Below, one piece after another: positions 12,314 through 23,021 of a DNA stretch of 64,000 nt (positions are counted from its first letter, which is position 1; each line of letters begins with the position of its first letter). The notes under the pieces are model-generated. The model worked only from the letters and a program-made list of their open reading frames with translations, ran no database searches and was not told the origin of the DNA. The DNA lies in NCBI GenBank assembly GCA_003427395.1, contig BFEA01000045.1:3995619-4059618 (forward strand), in the 5' to 3' direction. Position numbers and translations under genes: made by a program. Source of the DNA: Chara braunii. Taxonomy: Eukaryota; Plantae; Charophyceae.

Positions 12314-15102
12314 ATGTACAAAATGTTAATCAAAACACTGTCCGCACTGCTCTATTTGTTTTTGGAATGCACTGCGTGCACAGAAAATGGACAGCGGTCC
12401 ATGGGTGTGCAACTGTGGCAGGTCTTTCATGTCATTATGAGCTCACATCGTGCGAGGGCATGCTCAGCCGTGGCGGACGAAAGAACACATGGGCAGGAGA
12501 TGGGTGTGGTCGATGACGCCGGACCATCAAGTATAGGTGCAGTGAATCTCGTGAGCGATGAGAGCGAGGACAACGGGGCCCCCGAGAATGTAGATGGGGA
12601 GGGCGGGACATTCAAAGAGCAGCAACCGCAGCCTGTCGAGTCTTTCGACAACTCTCGCAAGCTGGCGACACTGATTTCTCCGCCAGGGGCCAGGGGCGGT
12701 GTCGGTATGTCGCAGAGCGACATAGATGCTCTCTTGTCACTTCTCACAGACCCGAGATTCAACACGAGAGACATCGCGTATCGTAATAGTCGAGAGTGTT
12801 TGACATGGGCAGGGAGTCTAGCAGAGGCTGCTGGATGGAAAGAGTTGGATCTACATTGTGACGATTGGCCACAGGATGCGCACGCCATCTTGTGGCACCG
12901 CGACTGGCGAACGACATTTCTGTCGATTTTTCATATCGCATTACAGAAATGCGAGACGGTGTCTTCTCTAGACGTGTCTTCGCCGTCAGAGCACCTTAGT
13001 ATATCCGGCCCACGCAGCGGGGCGCTAAGTTATCACATCTAGTCGATTATTCGAGCAAGCAAAGGTGTGGACGGGAATGGTAATCCACGTTATGTTATAC
13101 CTCTTTCATTGTATTTCGATAAGACACATACAGACGGTCGTCAAAAACAGACGGCGTACCCCCTGATGATGTCACTAACCGACCACGCATCCGAAGCCAC
13201 ACTGCTGGCCTATCTTCATGTGCTTCATCATCGCCCACGTGACAAAGATGGGGTATGCAGTCCACCGCATTCAGAAAGCGAAAGGCCATCATTTTGCACA
13301 AGGCCCTTTCAGTGGTGTTGCAGTCTGCGAAGGAGACATCTCATGACCGAATAATGATACCGACAACGCGATTCGGGGACATAATTGTCCACCCTTTCCT
13401 TCTCAACTATATCCAGGACTACCCAGAACGATGTGCGATTGCAACTATGAAGTTTGGTGTATGTCCGACATGCACCGTGTCCAAAAATGATTTTGATGTC
13501 ATAGCCGATTTCATAGACTGCAGGAGATCACAGACGCTGGAAACACACCTCACAGCAGATGTGTTCACCGCCGACGACATCGACGTTCGCCGTGCAGCGG
13601 AAGCACGAATGTCGGAGTTGAACATGCATAGGCATGTTCAACAGAACGGTCTTTGGGGGTTCTACAGGGGCCCCAATGATGACGATCCTCAGCTAGACTA
13701 CCACCTGGCATTGCAACCAGACCGTATGCACACAATCAAGCACGACATATTCTTGCACATGATTGACGCATTCAGGACCGCAGCCTTTGAGAAGTTGCCG
13801 CACTTACCGCAAACAGAGATCTTGAAGGAACTAGATGCAAGGTTGCAAAGCGTTAGTGAGAGATGCACACGAACATACCCCCAACTTGTGCTGCCGGTGG
13901 CCACTGGCAGCGACTTTTTTTCGAGGAAGGGACGGTTCGAGGCGAAGCAAAACCAGTCTGTGATGACAGTGTGCATGTTCTTTATTTATAATATTATCCC
14001 GCGCTCAACAGGCAAGGGCATTACCGTTTGTTTTGTGAAACTGATGGAAATGTACATACGAGTGTTTCGGTGTACAACACACACTCATGCTTCGCTCGAT
14101 GAATGCGACGTTTTGATCACAGACTTCATAACGACCATCAAAGCAAAATTGAGAAAATATCAACCATCAACATGGAAACTCCCCAAGTCGCACGATCTCA
14201 TGCATCTGACAACCTGTATTGAGCGATCTGGTGTCCCCGACATCTTCGCGACAGATGTTTGGGAGCATCACCACAGGAAATTCTGCAAACAGCCATACCT
14301 GTCATCAAACAAGTGGAAAGCTTCAACACAAATGGTAAACCATGTAAGCCGGTCATTGGCGTTGCGCGAAGTAATCGGGATCGTGAGAAAACGGAGGAAG
14401 AGAACGGTTGAGAACTGGTCGTCCGTGACAGACTGTATGGCCACCGGAATGAACACCCTCGCACTACGCAATATGACAATGGTGCAAATGCGGTGGTTCG
14501 ACATCGATGATGAGTACATATGCGAGGGAGAAAACATTGACAACCATGTGTGTAAGATACTCAAAGAGCTTCCTTGCAGACGCGATTTTCGAGCTGCGCT
14601 TACGACATACATGGTGGAGAATGGTTGTCAACCTCTTTCTGACGACCCGCTTATGCACACACGGACACACCTGACCATCGCCTGCGTACAGGACGGAACA
14701 AACAGGGGCACACTTGTTCAAACTGCAAGAGCGTTGCCACAATTCTATGAGAGAGAAGTGCATAGTGATGTCGCAATTAGAGCAGACAACGAATGCACAT
14801 GGTTTGCATCAGTAGCCATGTTTTTTGTCATGGACGCACCCACGAACAACAGTAATATGGAACACAACTGCGAATTTGTGCAATGGTACAAGGAGGTCGA
14901 CAGTGAACGACAACACATGACAGGTTGCAAGAAATTGAAATGGGAGAAGTTGAGTGGACATCAACACAGTAGCGTCGTTTTGACCGACACTATTGTAGAC
15001 ATAGTTCACATTGTCTCGCGCTTCTTTAAACCACAATGGGGATCGAAGCAACAGGCAAAACAGCGTGAGGACTGTTTTTATATGAACAAGGACATATTGT
15101 AG
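12314..15102 (+). pseudogene. Plavaka-family transposase (one stop at 13040, frameshift near 13250)
   Basis: Motifs IPLSLYFDKT..AYPLMMSL, PFLLNYIQDYPE..CPTCTV, PDRMH, LPKSHDLMH..IERSG..D..EHHH..KQPYLSSNK, and a C-terminal DVAI..WFA..FVQWY region match the Plavaka transposase pattern. Confidence 0.85.
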
Positions 15103-15406
15103 AAGAAACAAATGCAAAGTTTCTATGTTTGCTAATAGATCCAACTACTAGAAAACAGACAGTTTAAACGAACACACTGGTTGTTTTTTTCAAGAAAGAG
15201 AGAAGTCCATTTACACTCTATTTTATTTAATTGACAGAGAACTTTTTAACTTGTGCACAGAAATCTTTATATATTAGAGATCTACGAAAACAACAATTGA
15301 GAAAACAACGTGATATAGCTTAAATCTAATAGCCACAATTTATTTGTTTTTTGAAATAGAAAGTAAAGATGAACTGAAGTCTTACAATTATTATGTCTAT
15401 TTTTTA

Positions 15407-15477
<71 letters not shown>

Positions 15478-15829
15478 AGAAAGAGTTTCTATCTGTCGTC
15501 GCCACGGGACAGTCATGCTGTTTCTTTCGAAGTATAGGGGAACAAGAGAGGACATTCGTCTCTTTCTTTCCGTTATTTGTTGAGAAATATCATGTCAAAT
15601 GTGGCCAAGCTTACGAAGCGGTGAAAACCACATGCGAGACAAAAGTGTCCCCAAAAGTTCACTATTGCGTGACATTTACGTGGTGAACAGTGACATTGTT
15701 TTAGTTTTGGCACCCAACCTCTCTGACACGTGTGAACAGGAACAAAAACTTACAACGTCGCGCAGCGTTCGGGAAGGAGCGACACAGAGCACTGAATAAC
15801 ATGGTGCAGGTAAGAGAAGCCGAGCAAGG

Positions 15830-16330
15830 ATGACAGAGTCACAAAAAAGTAACACGTGTGGTGGCGGCACGAAGTGCTCATATGTGGGTACGAAACCGGT
15901 CATCGGTCCAATGATGGAAAATAAAGACGAACAACATCGCAGAGAGGTGGCAAGCGAACCGTTGTTGCCATTGACCAGTGAGACGTAAGCAAAGAGGTGG
16001 CAGAAAATGTTGAGGGACCCTTGGTATGCGAAAATGTACGATATAATGACAGAGGATGAAGCAAAGTCTCCCCAGTTGATAATCGAAGAGTCATCCGGCA
16101 TTAAGGGAAAAATGAAAGTCGGGGACATGACGAGAACGACAGAAGAGCGGACTGACATTAATGATGAGGACGAATTGACCATTGGCTTGACCGTTGAGGT
16201 CGTCAAAAGACGATGCGAGGAAAGTTCAATACTGCGGGCATTTGTTACATAAAGACCAGTGGCTTGACCAGTTGATTGACCCGCAGTAGCCAACCTTTTC
16301 GCAGTGATGGCCGGGGACATCTTCCAAGTT
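15830..16330 (+). pseudogene. Small decayed cargo ORF, unknown product
   Basis: Coding-like frame including 16007-16252 (MLRDPWYAKMYDIM...) with several in-frame stops. Confidence 0.35.
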
Positions 16331-16471
16331 TTTCTTTGCTTGTTTTTTTTTTTTGTTATTGTGACTATGTGAACCCGTGCCGCCTGACAATACAGATACA
16401 GTAATTCTGACGCACAAAGAGGTTGGTAACTTAAATGACGTCGCAGTATTAACAATAAGATCTTGGTTATG

Positions 16472-16523
<52 letters not shown>

Positions 16524-16628
16524 ACAATAAGGCCATTACACTTCAGGGGTGTATGGATTGACGCACGACATTGTTGACGCAGTTGTTGTTTGTATTCCAC
16601 TTTGATGTATGTGGGGCAAAAAAGGGTT

Positions 16629-18503
16629 ATGGCTCCAAAGCCAAAATACGAGGATCTGTGGAGGTCTTTGAAGGCCGTGGGAAAGAAGGACAAGGGGAGG
16701 AAGAAATGTAAGGCTGATAAAAAAAAAGAAAGGAGAGAGCATCGCAAAAACGGATCCCAGAATACAAAAACGGAGCGGACCAGCAGCCGCAGAAACGGAT
16801 CAAAAGTTTCTCTCCCATCAAGTCAGAGGGGGATTTCAAAGCTGAAAGAACGCAATGAGTCACCCCCTGCGACTCCTGCCCCACGAAACCATGCCAGCGG
16901 CGTCGAGAACCGTTCACCCAATGCCCCCGAGAAGAGGTTGTGGGAAGACGGAATGTCAAAGGTGCACCGCAGGACAACGAAGAGAATCACGTACAAAAAG
17001 GACAGAATGGTGAAGATGATCGATTGGAGAGCCTCGGACGTATGCACAGTGCAGCCAAAGAGGAAGCAGAAGACGAACATGACCAGTCCATATAAGAAAA
17101 GTCTGACAGGGAGGAGAACGAGGCAACAACTGACGAGGGAGGTGACAATGAAACTTCCGACGGACATTCTCGCGACAGTCACGACGCTGATGACGAAGAC
17201 GGCAGGAGCAATGATGGCACAGCGCAGGACGAGGGCGGTGACGGGGCAGGCGAAGACGACAGAAGCGCGGACGGAAGAGGAAGTTTCCCATCTCCGGGAA
17301 GAACGCGACGCACGAGGGAACTCGAAAGTGGCGGCGAGGGAGGCGCAACCGACGCGCCCTCCATTGACAAACAACTAATGAGGCACGACAACGCAATTAA
17401 GAAAGGTAAACAAAATGTCCTGCAGTTGCTCCTCTTGCACAACGATTACGTAGTAACAGCGCAAAGTGATGACATTTTCTTAATGTGAGGATGTCGCTGT
17501 GATGAACGAACAGTTGAAACGGGCTGTCGAATTTCGCAGGTGCGAAAATGGGTGCGAAATGCTGAGTTCTTAATATTATTCTGTGCGTTGTAATGTGTGT
17601 CTTCCAGCAGATGGCACGAACTCGCAAAGAAAAGTGTGCACGAGCAGGGGAGGACAACAACAAGCCAATCAAGAAAGCGGCGTATTCTCGAAGAAAATGA
17701 AGGACAGACTGTTCCGGGCGGTCACAAAAGCCTTTGCGTTCTCAACAGCAAAGGACGCATCTCTGTACCCGACAGAGGATGGATTTTTCACGGCGTTGCA
17801 AACAACGGCGAAACTGATAGGGGAGAACACGGAGGAAGGACTGCGATCACACGTAGCGGAGTGCGGGATTCGAGCAGTCATAGGGGAGTGCAACAGAATG
17901 ATGACAACCGTGCGTGGAGAGATAACATGGCAATTGAAACATTGGTTCTGGGCTGAAAAAGGGATCCCGCTTGTACGATCGCAGCAAATAGATCACCAGC
18001 TCCCTACTCGCAACAAGATGCGAGTAGAGATGAAGGAGAACAAAACGTGGAGACGGAGCGGCAACGATCCTTGGGGCGCCCCAGCCTTCAAGACGACACC
18101 CACCAAGGTTTTCCAGATGAGGAGGGACGGCGTAAACCTTGGCGTGACCCTGCAACAACTGGGTTTTGCAGAGATGGTTGTGTAATGTGAAATCAAGCAG
18201 ACAACAAAGACCAGCAGAGCGGCGAAGCAGATATGAAAATTGGTCTCTATAAAGCAGGACATCGCATCATCTGTCCGCAACCGCGATACAGTCATGAGTT
18301 TTTCGATCTTCAAGCTGGACCGTGCCATATCTGTTGTTGCGAAGGCTGCTGCACTATTTCGAGCTGGCGTGCCCTCTGTCCACAGGGATGGGCCACACAA
18401 CACAACAATAACGGATGACGATTTCGACCTTGAGTTCATTGCACCGCTGCATGAGAGAAGCAGAGACGGGGAGAGGGATACAGAAAGTCTGTGCGCCAGA
18501 CCT
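16629..18503 (+). pseudogene. Two-exon cargo gene: basic N-terminus, acidic low-complexity region, unknown helical domain
   Basis: Begins MAPKPKYEDLW. The acidic tract lies in a shifted frame. A GT-AG intron at ~17406-17607 is phase-consistent. Exon 2 joins the 17583-18185 and 18240-18503 frames across stop codons. Confidence 0.6.
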
Positions 18504-18804
18504 NNNNNNNNNNNNNNNNNNNNNNNNNNNNNNNNNNNNNNNNNNNNNNNNNNNNNNNNNNNNNNNNNNNNNNNNNNNNNNNNNNNNNNNNNNNNNNNNN
18601 NNNNNNNNNNNNNNNNNNNNNNNNNNNNNNNNNNNNNNNNNNNNNNNNNNNNNNNNNNNNNNNNNNNNNNNNNNNNNNNNNNNNNNNNNNNNNNNNNNNN
18701 NNNNNNNNNNNNNNNNNNNNNNNNNNNNNNNNNNNNNNNNNNNNNNNNNNNNNNNNNNNNNNNNNNNNNNNNNNNNNNNNNNNNNNNNNNNNNNNNNNNN
18801 NNNN

Positions 18805-18872
<68 letters not shown>

Positions 18873-19027
18873 CTGAACCATGACACTTGAACAGTCACTT
18901 TACAACATATGGTCTGTTATTTATGATACACAATTGTACAATCCCTTGTAATGCTCATCTTTGTCTGATTGGTCATAGAGCGACTATGTTATGAAAAAAA
19001 CACCATCCGTGGTTTTCCTCAATGCAA

Positions 19028-19602
19028 GGTTGGCTAGTGCGTGTCACTCTCTCTCTCATGCCACCATGTTGTAAAATTTGTGTCACGCAGTAGTGAACCG
19101 TGCTTGTAGCAGGGCAGCTCAGCATTTACCTGAGGCTCCCTCACGCGTCCATCCATAGAATGAAGCACAGCAATCCTACGGACTCGAAAAAGAAGGTTGG
19201 TTAGTGCGTGCCACTCTCTCTCGCGGACGACCATGTTGGTAAATTTGTGGCCCGCAGTAGTCAACCGAGCTTATAGCAGAGCATCTCAACATTTAATTGA
19301 GGCTCCCACACGCGTCCGTCCATAGAATGAAGTACAACAATCCTACAGACTCGAAAAGGAAGGTTGGCTACTGCGTGCCACTCTCTCTCGCGGACTGCCA
19401 TGTTGGTAAATTTGTGTCATGCAGTAGTGAACCGTGCTTGTAGTAGGACAACTTAGCATTTAATCGATGCCCCCTCACTCGTCCGTCACCAAAATGAAAT
19501 ACCGCAATCCAGCACCAATCATGGTCCAAAGGTTGGTTACTGCGGGCCAATGTCTGTCTCGCACTGCCATGTTGGTGAATTTGTGTCACGCAGTAGTGAG
19601 CC
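19028..19602. repeat. Four ~167-bp tandem units, each with one inverted-box pair
   Basis: Units start at 19028, 19195, 19362 and 19531, each 72 bp with a 34-bp spacer. Confidence 0.85.
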
Positions 19603-19839
19603 CTGCTTGCAGCTCTCTCTCTCTTTTTTTTTTTTCTCTCTCTCTCTTTTTATCTTCAGTCATTGTGGTCGTTGCATGTGAGGAGTACTGAAAGACTCAA
19701 CGATTGACATTTGCGAAAGACCATAGCATATCGTGCAACAAGAGAAAATGACGGGAAGAAACCGCGAAAACCGACGACCTGAGCCAAAAATTTTGATATT
19801 TTCCCCCAACACAGAATGTAACATTCTACAAAAGTTAAA

Positions 19840-19981
19840 CACGTTTTCAACACGTTTCAACAAGTTTTCAACACGTTTCAACAAGTTCTCCACAAGTCTT
19901 CAACAAGTTGTCAACAAATGGTCAACAGATGGACGAACATCCTTTCAACAAATGGACACTCCAGTTTAAGTTTTCCCAATG
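19840..19981. repeat. 10-11-bp subterminal-type repeats and candidate right TIR
   Basis: Repeated TTTCAACA(CG/AG). The segment ends ...GTTTTCCCAATG, whose reverse complement CATTGGGAAAAC is one transition away from a CACTG start. Confidence 0.4.
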
Positions 19982-20283
19982 TTTGGTCAGCGTTGGTTTC
20001 CTTCACTTCTGGTGGAACACATGACCCCCTCCCCCCTAAACAATTTATAAACACGGTTCCAACGGTTGAAATATGGTATCCACATGTGATCATCCTGTCA
20101 AAAAATTTGCCACAATTTTTCTGTTGGGGACACTTGTTGTGTCGGCGGTTGCAACGGTCTCATAGGTTGAGTTGGTTGAGTTTGGGGTGCTGGAGGCCTA
20201 GGCGGCATCATGCGCACCTGTGGATCAAAATAACTGCCTTGTGCCCATGATATATATGGATTATAGATTGCCCACAGACTCAT

Positions 20284-21150
20284 TTAATGGCATGGTGTCC
20301 ACTGCCCATATAAGACCTGCTCAGCCGACAGAGGGCTCTTTCTCGTTGCTTTATCTACCGACCCTTGTGGGGTGACCGCTACTTGCTGCGAACATTGTCC
20401 CTTTTCGGTTCCTTGACCTCCCTGCGCTAGGTTCCTCACTTTCCACTGAGCCTTCGTCAACTTGGGAAGGTTACGCTCCTCCTTTACTTCAATCCCCTTT
20501 TTACCTTCAACTCTTCCTTGAGCACTGGTCCGCCTTCTCGGGATTCCCTTGAGGAAAAATGACCCTTTGTCACCACCCTCAGCTCCTCCTTTATCCTCAC
20601 CAACCGGCTCACTTGAGACACTCTCTAAAACCTTCCGTTTGTCCTTCCTGTCCTCTTCCAGTTGCATCAACCTTTCTTCCAGTATTCCAACTTGCCTCTG
20701 TATACCACTCAATTTTCCTGGTGCTGATGCAACTCCAGCTGATTGCACAGGGTTCCCGCGATGTGGACTCTTTATTCCACCTTCTGAAAACCTTAACCTC
20801 AAAGAAGCCTCCAACTCGCCCCAGGTCTGCGACTTTAACATAAGAGTACACACCTCCTCACTCAAATTTTCACAGACAAACAATGATAACATGCTCCACA
20901 TCGCCTTTTCGTCCCAAATCTTCACAGCACTGAAGTCATGATAGCCGCGTAGGAAGGCAGATAAAATTTTCCCCTGAAACAGTAGGGCACGAAGGTCTGG
21001 GGGCATTGAGTCGTGTACGAACTCGCATAAGGCACGAGCTCCTCCAATGCAGGATTTTGACAAAACCACTTTCTTTAGTAATGATGTTGGTATCGACCTG
21101 ACACACATAACAAACAATCGCTCATTAGACTGTGGTGCAAGAAGGCTCAA
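20284..21150 (-). CDS. Gag-like retrotransposon ORF fragment
   Basis: 288-aa ORF with a TWGELEASLRLRF motif and a coiled-coil segment, followed by P/Q-rich sequence and a PPT. Confidence 0.45.
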   Translation of the reverse strand: MSLLAPQSNERLFVMCVRSIPTSLLKKVVLSKSCIGGARALCEFVHDSMPPDLRALLFQGKILSAFLRGYHDFSAVKIWDEKAMWSMLSLFVCENLSEEVCTLMLKSQTWGELEASLRLRFSEGGIKSPHRGNPVQSAGVASAPGKLSGIQRQVGILEERLMQLEEDRKDKRKVLESVSSEPVGEDKGGAEGGDKGSFFLKGIPRRRTSAQGRVEGKKGIEVKEERNLPKLTKAQWKVRNLAQGGQGTEKGQCSQQVAVTPQGSVDKATRKSPLSAEQVLYGQWTPCH

Positions 21151-22259
21151 AACAAATAAGGCTAGAAAAAACTGCTAATACTCAATTCACACTAACTACT
21201 TTCCTGTTCACACCACAAGGTCTAAATTTTAGTCACCCTTGCTTTAACTTTAAGGGTACTATGAAAAATATACAACCTATATAGGCAGGATTTTCAAGCC
21301 AGTCATAAGCCGACTGTAATCGTGGCTACAAATGTTATTGACCCTCGCACTCGCACTTGACAGAGCGTGAGGGTACTCTCTATCTGCCCGCTACCGTCCG
21401 AATCTCGTCCCAATCTACAACCCTTTCATCTGGATCGTGGAAGCCAGCATAGGTATAAACAATATTGATCATATTCATGAGCCCTTGATTATGGGGTATA
21501 AACCTTTGGTCCAGGTACATACCAATATCAGCTCTCATATGTACCGTGCATATCCCCATTCCCGTGTTTTCAAAGTGGCTTCTGCTGCGGCTTCTACTCT
21601 TATCTGTCCCCCAAAACACTTTTCCACAAGGAAACAGGGCAGGACGACACGAAACGGGGCTGAGGGAAGTACAAACTTGTCATCTCACTTGACTTCTATA
21701 TGAGTCTCCATATGTGTCTCTCCTTCATGAACCCTACCTCTCGCCCACCTTGCTGCAGCTGACTCTGCTATTCTCAAAGGCCTTGCGAGTAGGCTTTCAT
21801 ACCCAAGGGCCAATTCAATCCCATGTAAGACCTAGAATGATGGCGGGGCGTATAGGGTTACCCTCACGATCGCACAACCTTGATTATCATCAAAACCGGA
21901 CTCGATCCAAACGAAGATACCCTTGTCTATCAATGCACCCCACTTGGAAGAGATATATTCTCCTTCCTTGACTCACCTCGGCAGGATATCTCTAGTCCAT
22001 CTTCCCTTTTTATAAGCAAATTCATATTAGGGTCTTCCTGAGCATAAGGCAACCTGAGTTGCTTTCGTTCTGGCCTGGGTTCTGCCCATCACAGAAAAAC
22101 GTTCAGCATACGCCTTCCGTTATTATGTTGACAATCGTGTTCTACAATCTCTATCTCTAAGGCCTTAGCCTCAAATCATCTTTCACTAAAATGCATCATT
22201 TCTAGCGTTTATGACCTCCCAGCTTAAAAAAAATAATAATGGTAATATATCATGGTAAT

Positions 22260-23021
22260 CAGGGTAACCGGCGTTCGGGACGGGCCGAACGCCCGAACCC
22301 GAACGCCCGAACCTATGGGATCCTTTAGGGATGCGTTCGGCCGTTCGGGCCGAACGCAGACCCAAAACAAAAATAAAAAATAAAAAAAATCATCAAAAAA
22401 ATCTGAAAAAGAGATATGTTATGGAAAAAAATAAATTAAACAAGATTTACCTGATTATTACATCCGAATTCCTTACCAAATTTGAAATAGAAATAAAATA
22501 CAAAAAATAAATACTAATACTAAAAATAAATAAAAATAAAAAGAGAATTAAATTTAGTGAGTGCGCGAGCATGTTTTTGACACCGCCATCTTTGGCGATT
22601 TTTCATTTTTTTTTTGGCATAGCCAAATGCCCTGAAAATATACAAAGGTGTACTCCACATAATACAAAACCCACTTGAAAAGTTTCAAAAAATAATAAAA
22701 TTGTTCAAAGCCCGAACTAAAGTGAAAACAAAAAGTAAAAAGTGAAAAAATACGTGGGCGAGCATGTTTTGACACCACCATCTTTGACGATTTTTAATTC
22801 CTATTTAGCTTAGCCAAATGACTTGAAAATTTACAGACATGGACCTCACGTGATAGAGAACTCACAAAAAAACTTCAGAAAAAACAAATTATGTTTAGGC
22901 CCCGAAATAATTTTTGGCGGGGGCCGAACGCCGTCGGGTTCGGACCCCGTACGGGACCCCGAACGCCCGTACGTACGGAGGTCTGCCCGGCGACCTCCGT
23001 ACGTACGGGCTGGTGACCCTG
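22260..23021. mobile_element. Non-autonomous hAT element (MITE)
   Basis: TIRs CAGGGTAACCGGC / GCTGGTGACCCTG (11/13 match). Perfect 8-bp TSD ATGGTAAT at 22252 and 23022. CCGAAC subterminal repeats. Confidence 0.9.

Larger units (their letters stand above)
1..19981 (+). mobile_element. Putative giant Plavaka/CMC-type DNA transposon with cargo genes (left end outside window, decayed)
   Basis: Plavaka-type transposase at 12.3-15.1 kb. At least 5 further co-oriented ORFs or pseudo-ORFs. A shared 19-34-19 bp inverted-box motif seen only in 1.2-19.6 kb. Short subterminal-type repeats at 19840-19950 and a candidate CACTG-like end at 19981. Confidence 0.65.
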
